NCBI GenBank assembly: GCA_023386835.1
Contig: JAEWIY010000018.1
Coordinates: 14,130 to 78,129 of the forward strand
Source of the DNA: Verrucomicrobiota bacterium
GTDB lineage: Bacteria; Verrucomicrobiota; Verrucomicrobiia; Opitutales; Opitutaceae
Length of the DNA: 64,000 bases
Reading direction: 5' to 3'
Numbering within the stretch: position 1 is the first letter of the stretch; each line of letters starts with the position of its first letter. The translations under genes were made by a program, and so were the position numbers. This document shows positions 49,729 to 59,486 of the stretch, piece by piece. The notes beneath the pieces are model-generated. The model ran no database searches and had not been told where the DNA came from. It was given only the letters and a program-made list of their open reading frames with translations.

Positions 49729-51396
49729 TCAGTTCTCCAAGTACACGGGTGCGTATTGCGGACGCTCCATGACGTTGGGAATCCAGTTGCGCACGGCCGG
49801 GTGAACCAGTCGCAAGTTCCGCTCGAACCAGACGGGCAGGACCGGCATCGCTTCAAGGAGCATCGACTCCGCGCGCTGGAGATGGGCGAGCCGCTCCTCG
49901 GCGGCCGAGGCTTGGTTGGCCTGTTCCAGGATCGCATCGTACGCGGCCGCAGACCAGCCAGTGAAGTTCCAGCCGGAAGCCTGGGTCCACAGATCGAGGA
50001 AGGCTGTGGCGTCGGGATAGTCCGCCACCCAGCCACCGATGGAGAGCTGAAAATCACGGCGCTGGAGGTTGCTCCAGTGCACGCGTGATTCGCTGCGCAC
50101 GATGCGGACGTCGATGCCGAGGACCTCGCGCCACCGGGCCTGCAGCGCTTGGTCGAGCTGGCTCGACGCTCCCGACTCCACCTGGAGCTCGAGCGCCGGA
50201 AAACCGCTGCCGCCCGGATACCCTGCCTCCGCGAGCAGCTGCTGAGCGGCTGGCGCGTCCTCCACGATGCGCTGTCGCGGAAGGTAACGGGGCATGCCGT
50301 CGGGCACGAGTTGGAAAGCGGGAGTCGCCGCCGAGTGGAAGACCTTCTCCGCTAGGAGCCGGCGGTCCAGCGCGCGGGCGAGGGCTTGCCGCACCCGTGG
50401 ATCATCCAGCGGCGGGCGCTCGGTGTTCACGTTGACGAAGCGCACCATCAACATGTCGTGAGCCAGCAACGGCGACGGGTCCTGGCTTCGGTAGACGTCG
50501 ATTTTGGCCAAGGGCACGCGATCCGTCAGGTGCAGTTGCCCGGCCCGGAACGCGCGCTCCTGCGCCTCGACGCTGTCGTACGAGTGGAAATGCACCGCCT
50601 GCAGCCGGACTTCGTCGGCGGCGCGATAAGTGGACGACTTGCGCGCGACGATCACCTCGTTGGGCCGCCACGTGGCGAGGGTGAAGGGTCCATTGCCCAC
50701 AAAATGCTCCGGCCGGGTCCAGCCGCTGCCGCGCTGATCAAATCCGCCGACTCGCTCCACCGTGGGCGGATGCACCGGGTAGAAGACGGGGTTGTTGGCC
50801 ATGATCTCCAGGAAATAGGGCGTTGGACGGCGGAGTGTGAGGCGCACCGTCCTGGCATCGGCGGCCTCGATCCCGACTTGGTCGAAGTCGGTCACGCGGC
50901 CGGCCGCGAAGTCCTCCGCGCCGACGATTGCGGAGAAGAGGAAGGTGTATTGAGAACCCAAGGACGGCGTGAGCGCGCGGCGGAAGGAATACACGAAGTC
51001 GTGCGCCGTCACCGGGTCGCCGTTCGACCAGCGCGCGTTCTCCCGCAAATGGAAGGTATAGGTGAGTCGATCGTCGCTCACGTCCCAGCGTTCCGCCACG
51101 CCCGGTTCCGCCTGGAGTGTCTTGGGGTGGGCCACCACCAACCCTTCGAAGAAGGCCTGAATGACGTCAAAATCGGGCGGCGCGTTGATGATGTGCGGGT
51201 CCAGCTCGCTCGGTTCGCCCGGAATCGAGACCAGCAGCGTTTGGTGGCGCACCGCCGCGTCGGCGGGGAGCTCACGCCGCCCGCAGCCACCCACGATCAC
51301 ACCCGTCAGAAACAGGGATCCGACCAAAAGCCAGCGAAACAGCGGCCCCGGGCGGGTCGCGGCGTCACGGCTGTGACGGGACTTCGAGGTACACAT
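49729..51396 (-). CDS. Family 5 ABC substrate-binding lipoprotein, paralogue 2
   Basis: Lipobox IVGGC. AERWDVSDDRLTYTFHLR...RWSNGDPVTAHDF. The ATG at 51396 overlaps the end of paralogue 3 by 32 nt. Confidence 0.85.
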   Translation of the reverse strand: MCTSKSRHSRDAATRPGPLFRWLLVGSLFLTGVIVGGCGRRELPADAAVRHQTLLVSIPGEPSELDPHIINAPPDFDVIQAFFEGLVVAHPKTLQAEPGVAERWDVSDDRLTYTFHLRENARWSNGDPVTAHDFVYSFRRALTPSLGSQYTFLFSAIVGAEDFAAGRVTDFDQVGIEAADARTVRLTLRRPTPYFLEIMANNPVFYPVHPPTVERVGGFDQRGSGWTRPEHFVGNGPFTLATWRPNEVIVARKSSTYRAADEVRLQAVHFHSYDSVEAQERAFRAGQLHLTDRVPLAKIDVYRSQDPSPLLAHDMLMVRFVNVNTERPPLDDPRVRQALARALDRRLLAEKVFHSAATPAFQLVPDGMPRYLPRQRIVEDAPAAQQLLAEAGYPGGSGFPALELQVESGASSQLDQALQARWREVLGIDVRIVRSESRVHWSNLQRRDFQLSIGGWVADYPDATAFLDLWTQASGWNFTGWSAAAYDAILEQANQASAAEERLAHLQRAESMLLEAMPVLPVWFERNLRLVHPAVRNWIPNVMERPQYAPVYLEN

Positions 51397-52996
51397 GTTT
51401 GTAAGGATGATGGTCCAGCAGGGTGGGGTGCCAGTTGCGCACGGCCGGCTGCAGGAGAAACACGTGCGTGAAGTAATAAATCGGGATCAGCGGAGCGTCC
51501 TGCAGGAGCAGGGTCTCGGCGCGTTGCAGGACCGTGCGGCGGGCGTCCGGATCCGCGGTGCGGGCAGCCTCATAGAGCAACCGGTCATAGGCCTCATTGG
51601 ACCAGCCGGTGTAATTGTTGCCGCTGTCGCTGCGCCAGATGTCGAGAAAGGACGCGGGATCAATGTAGTCACCGATCCAGACGGAGCGCAGCAGCTGGTA
51701 ATCGCCGGCGCGGCGAGCCTCCAGCACACTCTTGTTTTCCATGTTCAGGAGCGAGACGCGCAGGCCGAGCTCGCGGCGCCACATCTCCTGTAGTGCTTCC
51801 GCCACCACGCGGTGATTTTCAGAGCTGTTGAACAGCAGTTCCACCACGGGCGCGCCCTCTCCGCCAGGGTATCCTGCCTCGGCCAACAGCGCGCGGGCGG
51901 CATTAGGGTCGAATCCCAGGAGCCCGGGTGAGGTGTAGCCGCCGGTTTCGGGAGGGACAAAACCCGTTGCCGGCAACTGTCCGCCGCGCAGGATCTTCTC
52001 CACGATCGCGTCGCGGTCGACGGCCAGCGCGAGGGCGCGACGGACCTTCTCGGCATTCAGGAACGGCCGGCGGACGTTGACGCGATAGAAGTAGGTGCCG
52101 AGGTAAGGATCGATCCGCAGCAGTTCCGGCAGGTCGCGGCGGTACGCCTCGATCTTGGACAGGGAAACGGCATCGGTGAGGTGGAGCTGCCCGGCGCGGA
52201 AGGCACGTTCCTCGGCGTCGACGCTGTCGAAGGGGTGAAAGTGGATCGCCTGCAGGCGCACCGTCGCCGCATCCCAATAGTGCGGGTTCTTCACCGCCAC
52301 GATCCGCTGATCCGGTTCCCATTCGCGGAGGACAAAAGGACCGTTGCCCACGAGTTGGCCCGGACGGGTCCACGAGGTCGCGCGATCCACCGGCGATCCC
52401 TGCCGTTCGATCGACGGCAGGTGCACCGGATACCAAACCCAGTGTTGCAGGACCGAGAGGAAGTGCTTCGCCGGATACTCAAGCCGGATGCGGAGTGTGC
52501 GTTCGTCCGGAGCTGTGACCCCCACGCTGCCGAAGTCGGTAGTGCGGCCCTTGTGAAAGGCCTCCGCGCCCTCAATGATGTACAGGAGATTGGCGTAGTC
52601 CGCCGCCAGCGACGGTGTCAGCACGCGTTGCCAGGAGCGCAGGAAATCGTGAGCGGTCAGCGGTTCGCCGTTGGACCACTTGGCGTCGCGCAGGTGAAAG
52701 GTGTAGGTGAGCCCATCGGGCGACGTGCTCCAGCGTTCCGCCACGCCTGGCACCGGTCGCAGGTCCACGGGATCCTCCGCAACCAGACCTTCGAAGAGCG
52801 CACTGAGGACGTTGTACTCCGCGGTCCCGGTGGCGAGATGCGGGTCCAGATGCGCCGGTGACGGCCCGATCCCGCGGTGCAACACCTGCTCACGATTGCC
52901 CCGCTCGACGTTGGTCTCGCGTTGCAGGCAACCCACGGTGAGCGCCACCCACAGGCAGGCGAGAAACCAGGACGAACAGGCGGTGGACCAGCGCAT
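51365..52996 (-). CDS. Family 5 ABC substrate-binding lipoprotein, paralogue 3
   Basis: Lipobox LTVGC. AERWSTSPDGLTYTFHLR...KWSNGEPLTAHDF. Confidence 0.85.
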   Translation of the reverse strand: MRWSTACSSWFLACLWVALTVGCLQRETNVERGNREQVLHRGIGPSPAHLDPHLATGTAEYNVLSALFEGLVAEDPVDLRPVPGVAERWSTSPDGLTYTFHLRDAKWSNGEPLTAHDFLRSWQRVLTPSLAADYANLLYIIEGAEAFHKGRTTDFGSVGVTAPDERTLRIRLEYPAKHFLSVLQHWVWYPVHLPSIERQGSPVDRATSWTRPGQLVGNGPFVLREWEPDQRIVAVKNPHYWDAATVRLQAIHFHPFDSVDAEERAFRAGQLHLTDAVSLSKIEAYRRDLPELLRIDPYLGTYFYRVNVRRPFLNAEKVRRALALAVDRDAIVEKILRGGQLPATGFVPPETGGYTSPGLLGFDPNAARALLAEAGYPGGEGAPVVELLFNSSENHRVVAEALQEMWRRELGLRVSLLNMENKSVLEARRAGDYQLLRSVWIGDYIDPASFLDIWRSDSGNNYTGWSNEAYDRLLYEAARTADPDARRTVLQRAETLLLQDAPLIPIYYFTHVFLLQPAVRNWHPTLLDHHPYKHVYLEVPSQP

Positions 52997-53004
52997 GGCG
53001 CGCG

Positions 53005-53493
53005 TCAGCCGGAGGCCGGCCGGGCGATCAGCGCGACGGCATGGGCGGCGATCGCCCGACCGCGCCCGATGTCATCGCTGCCCTCGTTGGTCGTCGCCTT
53101 GAGACCAATCTGAGACACGTGGAGCCCCGCGGAGCGGGCGAGCGCGGTTTTCATCTCGGCCAACCGGGGCTGGATCTTTGGCTTCTCGGCGATCAACGAC
53201 GCATCGATATTTTGAATACGCCAGCCATCGGCCGCGAGCCGCCGCGCGACTTCCACCAGCAGCTTCTGGGAATCGATGTTGTGGTAGGCGGGGTCGGTAT
53301 TGGGGAAAAAATGACCGATATCCGGCAACCCCGCCGCGCCGAGCAGCGCGTCACAGATCGCGTGGGTCAGGCAGTCCGCGTCGGAATGGCCCTCGAGCCC
53401 GAAATCGCACTCGAAGCGCACGCCACCAAGGACGAGCGGCCGTCCCGCCACCGTGCGATGAATATCGTAGCCGTGTCCGACGCGTAGTTGCAT
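53005..53493 (-). CDS. ispF: 2-C-methyl-D-erythritol 2,4-cyclodiphosphate synthase
   Basis: RVGHGYDIHR, GHSDADCLTHAI and the ~160-aa size. Confidence 0.95.
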   Translation of the reverse strand: MQLRVGHGYDIHRTVAGRPLVLGGVRFECDFGLEGHSDADCLTHAICDALLGAAGLPDIGHFFPNTDPAYHNIDSQKLLVEVARRLAADGWRIQNIDASLIAEKPKIQPRLAEMKTALARSAGLHVSQIGLKATTNEGSDDIGRGRAIAAHAVALIARPASG

Positions 53494-53517
53494 GGCAATG
53501 AACCGGGGCGCGTCGCG

Positions 53518-54195
53518 TCAGGAGGCGCGGGCCAGCAGGAACTCGAACCACGCCAGGTCCGCCGGCGTCGTGAGCTTCGGGTTGGGGTGCGTGTTCTCCA
53601 GCAGGGCGACCGGATGTTTCAGCAGTTCCACCGCGGCCGCGTCATCGGTGACCCGCTTCTTCTTTGCGGTCACGTGGGCGTATGCACGCGCAATGAGGTC
53701 GCGGTTGAAGACCTGCGGCGTCTCCATCGCCCAGAGCGCCTCGCGATCCAGGGTCGTCAGGTGCCCGGAGGGGCGGTGCTGTTTGATCGTGTCGGTCACG
53801 CGGTGCGCGAGGACCACGGCCCCTTCGCGGCGCACGATCTTGTGCAACGCGACCAGCTGTTCCGGACGCACAAATGGCCGGGCGCAGTCGTGGATAAAAA
53901 CCTCGCTGATGTCCGGCGGCAGGGCCGCCAGCGCATTCGCAACGGAGTCCTGGCGCTGCCGTCCTCCACGGACGAAGAGAGCGGGCGTCGGTGCGTACGC
54001 CGCCAGCTCGAGCATCTGGCGTTGGTCGCGATAGACGACGACGTAGAGGTCCGCGATGCCGCTCTCCGCGAAGGCGGCGGCGCTGTGGGAGAACAGCGGG
54101 CGCCCGCCGAGCTCCACGAGCACCTTGTCGCCCACTGAGCCGGCCATGCGTTTTCCAGAACCGGCAGCGAGTAGAACGGCAGCAGTGCGCGACAT
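53518..54195 (-). CDS. ispD: 2-C-methyl-D-erythritol 4-phosphate cytidylyltransferase
   Basis: AVLLAAGSGKRM, VFIHDCARPFV and METPQVF. Confidence 0.9.
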   Translation of the reverse strand: MSRTAAVLLAAGSGKRMAGSVGDKVLVELGGRPLFSHSAAAFAESGIADLYVVVYRDQRQMLELAAYAPTPALFVRGGRQRQDSVANALAALPPDISEVFIHDCARPFVRPEQLVALHKIVRREGAVVLAHRVTDTIKQHRPSGHLTTLDREALWAMETPQVFNRDLIARAYAHVTAKKKRVTDDAAAVELLKHPVALLENTHPNPKLTTPADLAWFEFLLARAS

Positions 54196-54216
54196 AGGGA
54201 ATAAAGACGGGCGGAG

Positions 54217-54924
54217 TTAGACGGCTGGACCGGTGGAAGCGAGTTCCTGCTGGATTGCCCGGGCGGCGGCGACGGGGTCGGGCGCTTGAAAGATCGGACG
54301 CCCCACCACGATGTAGCTCGCGCCCGCGGCGGCGGCTTCTGCCGGGGTCATGATGCGGGTCTGGTCTCCCGCCGCCGCGCCTTTCGGGCGAATGCCGGGC
54401 GTGACCAACTGGACGTCGGCGGGCAACTCGCGGCGCAAGACCGACAGCTCCAGGGGTGAACAAACCAGGCCGCGCAACCCGGAGTCGATGGCCAGACGGC
54501 CGAGCCGCAACACCTGCTCCTGCGGGGAGAGCGGGAACCCGACCGCGGACAATTCCGGCGCGCTCAGGGACGTCAGCACGGTGACGCCGAGCAGGAGCAG
54601 ATCGGGCGCGTGGGTCGCCTGAGCCTTCACCGCCCAGCGCATCATCTCCGCGCCTCCGGACGTGTGCAACGTCAGCATCCGGATCGGCAATCGGGCGGCC
54701 GATTCCACCGCCTTAGCCACCGTGTTGGGAATGTCGTGGAGCTTGAGGTCGAGAAAGACGTTGAAACCCAAATCGGCGATCTCGCGGACGGCGTCCGGTC
54801 CACACGCCGTGTACATCTCCAGCCCGATCTTCACCCATTCCACCGTGCCCTGCAGCTGGCGAAGTGCCGGCAGCACTTCGCGCGGCGACTGGGCGTCGAG
54901 GACAAGAATGAGGTGGCACGACAT
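54217..54924 (-). CDS. pyrF: Orotidine 5'-phosphate decarboxylase
   Basis: ATG at 54924. LILVLD, FLDLKLHDIPNTV and IVVGRPI. The upstream 320 codons of the track ORF are antisense to ispE and are rejected. Confidence 0.9.
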   Translation of the reverse strand: MSCHLILVLDAQSPREVLPALRQLQGTVEWVKIGLEMYTACGPDAVREIADLGFNVFLDLKLHDIPNTVAKAVESAARLPIRMLTLHTSGGAEMMRWAVKAQATHAPDLLLLGVTVLTSLSAPELSAVGFPLSPQEQVLRLGRLAIDSGLRGLVCSPLELSVLRRELPADVQLVTPGIRPKGAAAGDQTRIMTPAEAAAAGASYIVVGRPIFQAPDPVAAARAIQQELASTGPAV

Positions 54925-55035
54925 GGGACGAAAAGGACTGAACGGTTCTCCGACGGTTGAAAACCGAAAATCCCGGGGCTCTCGGGTGTTGGGCTGCTCA
55001 TTGACCCCAACGCGAGTGGCGGTACTGGTGTTCTG

Positions 55036-55959
55036 GTGTCGTCGCTCACCGTTTTTTCCCCAGCCAAGCTGAATCTGTTCCTGGCGGTGACGGGACGCCG
55101 GGCGGACGGTTTTCACGAGCTGGTCTCGCTGGTCGCGCCGCTGGCTTGGGGCGACACCTTGGACGTGGAGCTGCGGCCCGGGGCGGAGCGCGTGCTGGAG
55201 TGCGACCTTCCGAACCTGCCGCTGGATGGCAGCAACCTGATTCTGCGGGCCGCCCAGGCGTTTGCCGACCGCACCGGTTGGACGGGCGGGGTGAGGTTCC
55301 GGTTGCGCAAAGTGATCCCGATGGGCGCGGGGCTTGGAGGCGGATCGAGCAACGCCGTGGCGGCCCTCCGAGCGCTCAACCAGCTGACCGGCGAGCCGCT
55401 GGACGCGGCGACGCTGGTTGAACTCGCCGCGGGCATTGGGTCGGATTGCCCGCTCTTTTTGCATGACGGGCCGGTGATCATGCGCGGCCGGGGCGAGTTG
55501 ATCGAGCCGTTGCCCGAGGAGGTGACCTCCCGGTTCGCGGAGCGTCGCGTGCTCGTGTTTAAGCCAGCCTTCTCGGTTAACACGGCTTGGGCTTATCGAG
55601 AGCTCGCCCGAGCTGCGAGCGAGTCGGACGAACCGGTTTACCTGCCAACGGCCCAAGCTGAGAAGCGGCTCTCGGATTGGCTGGTCGGGCCGGGACAACC
55701 GCTGGAAGGTCTTTTGTTCAACACCCTCGAGCGGCCCGCGTTCGAGAAACATGTGGCCCTGCCGACGTTGCTCGAGCGCCTCCACCGGACCCGTGGTTGG
55801 GCGGCTCGGATGAGCGGCAGCGGCAGTGCGTGTTTCGGCCTCCTGACGGAAGATCAGGACCCCGCAGTGCTCGCGGCCGACATCCACGAAGCCTGGGGTG
55901 AAACCGCACTTGTGGTTAACACTCGATTTGCGACCCGATTGGCCCTAAATCCGAGTTGA
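55036..55959 (+). CDS. ispE: 4-diphosphocytidyl-2-C-methyl-D-erythritol kinase
   Basis: GTG start. SPAKLNLFLAVTGRRADGFHEL. GHMP motif IPMGAGLGGGSSNA. Confidence 0.9.
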   Translation: MSSLTVFSPAKLNLFLAVTGRRADGFHELVSLVAPLAWGDTLDVELRPGAERVLECDLPNLPLDGSNLILRAAQAFADRTGWTGGVRFRLRKVIPMGAGLGGGSSNAVAALRALNQLTGEPLDAATLVELAAGIGSDCPLFLHDGPVIMRGRGELIEPLPEEVTSRFAERRVLVFKPAFSVNTAWAYRELARAASESDEPVYLPTAQAEKRLSDWLVGPGQPLEGLLFNTLERPAFEKHVALPTLLERLHRTRGWAARMSGSGSACFGLLTEDQDPAVLAADIHEAWGETALVVNTRFATRLALNPS

Positions 55960-56031
55960 CCGGGCGGAGGCGTGTCGGGTTATCGTCCCGCGCCGCGCCC
56001 GCCCCTGCCGCTCCGCGGCTTAAACCAACGC

Positions 56032-57807
56032 ATGCCGGCTGACAGCTCTCCCTCCGAAGTCATTCTGCAAGGCATTGCCGCCTCGCCGGGCATCGCGTAT
56101 GGGCAGGTGTTTCTGTATCTGAAGTCGGCGTTGGAGCTGCCCTCGTATCAGGTTGAACCTGACAAGCGGGCGGCCGAGATCACGCGGTTCGAACAGGCGC
56201 TGCTCGTGACGCGCGAGCAGATCACGAAAATTCGCGATGAGGTGGAGGCGAATCTCGGGCCCGGGGAGGCGCGGATTTTCGATGCGCATTTGCTGGTGCT
56301 CGAGGATCAGGCGCTGATCAGCGAGACGATTCGTGAGTTCGAGGCGACCTCCCGAAACGTGGAGCAGTGCTTCAACAACGTCGCGATGCGGTACATCCGC
56401 GCATTTGACCAGATCGACGACGAGTACCTGCGCGAGCGCGGTGGTGATCTGCGCGACGTGACTCAACGGGTCCTGCACAACCTGCTGGGGCAGACGGCAC
56501 AGAATCTAAGCAGCCTGATCGAAAAACGGATCGTTGTGGCCAACGACATCGCGCCGTCCGACGCGGCCGGCATCGATCGCTCCCAGGCGATGGCGATTGT
56601 CACCGAATCGGGGAGCAAGACCAGTCACGCGGTCATCGTCGCGCGTTCGATGAAAGTGCCAGCGGTCGTCGGCGTGCGAGACATCGTGCGGCGGGTGGCC
56701 AATGGCGATCGCGTGATTGTCGATGGTTATGACGGACTGGTGATCATCCGGCCGACGGATCAGACGCTGTTCCGCTACGGGCAGATTCGGCGCGAGCGGG
56801 AGACGCAGGATCAGAACTTGTTGCGGGAGGTGCATCAGCCCGCCGTCACCAAGGACGGGTTCCGGATCCCGTTGCGAGCGAACATCGAGAGCGCCGACGA
56901 GGTCGATTTCGTCAAGGAGCACGCGGGCGAAGGCGTGGGGTTGCTGCGGACCGAGTTCCTGTACCTCGCGTCGCAGAGCGTGCCGTCGGAGAACGAGCTT
57001 TTTGAGGCGTATCGCCGGGTGGCGGAAGCGTTCAAACCGGAGCCGGTGACGATCCGCACCTTGGACCTCGGCGGCGACAAACCCATGACGGGCGCGCCGG
57101 AGCTTTTTCCGGCCGAACAAAACCCGTTCCTCGGCTTTCGCGCGATCCGGTTCTGCCTTGAGAACAAAGCCATCTTCAAGGCCCAGCTACGCGCGATCCT
57201 CCGCGCCAGTGCCTATGGCAAGGTGCTGATGATGTACCCGATGATCAGCGGCCTCGAGGAGTTGATGCTGGCCAATCAAGTCCTGGAGGAGTGCAAGGCG
57301 GAGTTGGTCGCCCAGGATATCCCCTTCGATCGCAAATTGAAGGTCGGGAGCATGATCGAGATTCCGAGTGCCGCGCTGACGGCGCACCTGCTGGCGCCGC
57401 ATTGCGACTTTTTCAGCATCGGGACGAACGACCTGATCCAATACCTGATTGCAATCGATCGCGTAAACGACCGGATCGCGCACCTGTACGAGCCGACGCA
57501 CCCGGCCGTGCTGCGCGTCCTCAACGAGATCATTACGAAGGGCCACCGCGGCGGCCTGAAGGTCAGCGTTTGTGGTGAGATGGCGGGCGATCCCGTGCTG
57601 GCGCCTCTGCTGCTCGGTTTGGGGGTGAACGAGCTCAGCATGACGCCGCCGCTGCTGCCGGCGACGAAGTACGTGATTCGCGCGATGAAGATGTCCGACG
57701 CGCGCCGCCTCGCGCGGCAGTCGTTGCAGATGGATTCGGCGAAGGAGATCTACGAACGCTGCGTCGAGTTCTACCGCTCGCACATGCGCGCGGCTCCGAC
57801 CGCCTGA
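56032..57807 (+). CDS. ptsI: Phosphoenolpyruvate-protein phosphotransferase (PTS enzyme I)
   Basis: GIAASPGIAYG, GSKTSHAVIVARS (phospho-His), LRTEFLY and IGTNDLIQY. ATG at 56032. Confidence 0.9.
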   Translation: MPADSSPSEVILQGIAASPGIAYGQVFLYLKSALELPSYQVEPDKRAAEITRFEQALLVTREQITKIRDEVEANLGPGEARIFDAHLLVLEDQALISETIREFEATSRNVEQCFNNVAMRYIRAFDQIDDEYLRERGGDLRDVTQRVLHNLLGQTAQNLSSLIEKRIVVANDIAPSDAAGIDRSQAMAIVTESGSKTSHAVIVARSMKVPAVVGVRDIVRRVANGDRVIVDGYDGLVIIRPTDQTLFRYGQIRRERETQDQNLLREVHQPAVTKDGFRIPLRANIESADEVDFVKEHAGEGVGLLRTEFLYLASQSVPSENELFEAYRRVAEAFKPEPVTIRTLDLGGDKPMTGAPELFPAEQNPFLGFRAIRFCLENKAIFKAQLRAILRASAYGKVLMMYPMISGLEELMLANQVLEECKAELVAQDIPFDRKLKVGSMIEIPSAALTAHLLAPHCDFFSIGTNDLIQYLIAIDRVNDRIAHLYEPTHPAVLRVLNEIITKGHRGGLKVSVCGEMAGDPVLAPLLLGLGVNELSMTPPLLPATKYVIRAMKMSDARRLARQSLQMDSAKEIYERCVEFYRSHMRAAPTA

Positions 57808-57830
57808 GAACCCGGCGACGGGACGGCCGC

Positions 57831-59366
57831 TTAGAACGTGGCGCTCACCTCGCGGTGGTCGCCGGGCTGCAGGAGCACCTCGCCCACGGCGGTGCACTCC
57901 ACCTCGTCGTTCTTGTATAACTTGAGCGAGACAGGCGCGATCGCGTCTTTCGTCTCCCAGCGCCATTTGCCAATCGAAACAAACTCGAGCGGCGTGCCCT
58001 GTTCGCGGCTCAGCCCCGGTCCCTCGCCGCGCACAAAAAGCCGGTTACCGATGCCGATGTAGGCGGTGACGAGCAGGCGTGTGCTGCCGTCGGTGGCCGG
58101 CGGATGGTCGGCAGCTGAACCGGTGTGGGGTGCCGCGGATTTCGCGGCGGTCCGAGTGGCCGCGCGTGCGGCTGGAGCGGCTTTTGTCGGTGGTGGAACA
58201 ACCTCGGGTTCCTCAACCACGGAAACGGAACCGTTCGACGGCTCATCGTCGAGCAGACCACCGAGCAGCGGAGTATCGTGATGGGCCGATCGCCGCCGAG
58301 GAGCGGGCTTGCGGGCCGCAGGTTCGGCCTCCGGCGTCGCAGCGGGGCTCGGAGCAGCCGGAGCGGGAGCTGGCGTGACGTCCTTCGGCGACGGCGTGGA
58401 CGCGCCGGGCGTCGACACGGGCGCAGGACGCTCGGGCTTCTTGTCCGGAGCCGCCGATGAGTGGGCTAGTTGGGAGGACGGTGCTGTGGCGACGTTCTCC
58501 GCCGCCGGAGGTGGGACGGGGGGAGTGTTCGCGGGCGGCGTAGCTGGAGCCGATGCGGCGGCTGGTGCTGAAGTCGCAGGCGAAGATGGAGCCGCGGCGA
58601 CCGGGGGAGTGGGAATGGACTTCTCGGAAACGGGCGGCGCGGGCGGAGAAGCCTTCTCCGGTGCCGGTGCACGCACGACCGCGGATGCACGCGGGCGGGG
58701 TTCGGCGGGAGCGCTCGATTGCAGATCCGCGAGCTTCTTCTCGAGTGAGGTGATGGCGGCCGCCGCGGCAGTTTCGAGGGCGGCTTGGGAACGGTGCGCG
58801 GCGGTCTCGATCGCGCGCACCTGCTCCTTCAGTTGCGCATCGACCTTGGCCAGCTCGGAAATGGCGCGATGCGCGCGGTCGGCGGCGGACTCCAGTTTTT
58901 CGGCTTCGGAGGCCCGCAAGGTGTTTACCTCCTGCTGCAGCGCTTCGAGCTCCGCGGCCATGGCCTCGTTGCGCACCTGATTGAACTCGTTGGCGCGTTC
59001 GTGCAGTTTCTGCGGCAGCTGCTCCGCGAGGCGGACGTTCTTCTGCGCCAGTTCGGCCATCTGCTGCAGGCCTCCGGCCGCGATGCTGGCCTGTTCAGCG
59101 GCGGCGGCGGTGGTGCGCGCAAGAGCCTCCAACGCGTCCTGACGAGCCGACAACAGCGCGTCCTGCCGACGGTTGTAGTCCACGATGAACGGAATGACCG
59201 CCAGCAACGCACCGATGCCGACACAGGCGGCGATGGTGTAGATCGCAGCGGCCGGCAGCGGGGACTCCGCGGCGACAGCCACGTAGAGCGCCACCGCAAT
59301 CAACGCGGCATCGCCCGCGAGGAAAGGCAGCTTGGGGAACTTGGGAGCGTCGTCAGGGAGTTCCAT
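57831..59366 (-). CDS. Hypothetical membrane-anchored coiled-coil protein with a Pro/Ala/Ser-rich linker and a C-terminal beta domain
   Basis: Two N-terminal TM helices. About 150 aa of heptad-like Ala/Glu/Gln-rich sequence, then about 200 aa of low-complexity sequence (APAPAAPSPAATPEAEPAA...). The C-terminal ~85 aa (RLFVRGEGPGLS...WRWET...LKLYKNDE) look E-set/CBM48-like. Confidence 0.6.
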   Translation of the reverse strand: MELPDDAPKFPKLPFLAGDAALIAVALYVAVAAESPLPAAAIYTIAACVGIGALLAVIPFIVDYNRRQDALLSARQDALEALARTTAAAAEQASIAAGGLQQMAELAQKNVRLAEQLPQKLHERANEFNQVRNEAMAAELEALQQEVNTLRASEAEKLESAADRAHRAISELAKVDAQLKEQVRAIETAAHRSQAALETAAAAAITSLEKKLADLQSSAPAEPRPRASAVVRAPAPEKASPPAPPVSEKSIPTPPVAAAPSSPATSAPAAASAPATPPANTPPVPPPAAENVATAPSSQLAHSSAAPDKKPERPAPVSTPGASTPSPKDVTPAPAPAAPSPAATPEAEPAARKPAPRRRSAHHDTPLLGGLLDDEPSNGSVSVVEEPEVVPPPTKAAPAARAATRTAAKSAAPHTGSAADHPPATDGSTRLLVTAYIGIGNRLFVRGEGPGLSREQGTPLEFVSIGKWRWETKDAIAPVSLKLYKNDEVECTAVGEVLLQPGDHREVSATF

Positions 59367-59486
59367 AGGTCGGACGCGGCGTGCTCCGTTGTGCGCTCGC
59401 CCGCGGGCTCGCTCAAGGCCGAAACTCCCCGATGAAGCAGATTGGGGTTTTCACGAGCGCAGAGTTGGGTAGTCTGGCTGCACGCG

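Noticed and set aside
54925-55887. Upstream 320 codons of the 556-aa ORF that ends as pyrF
   Set aside because: That part is antisense to ispE and has junk-like composition. A canonical PyrF N-terminus begins at the ATG at 54924.
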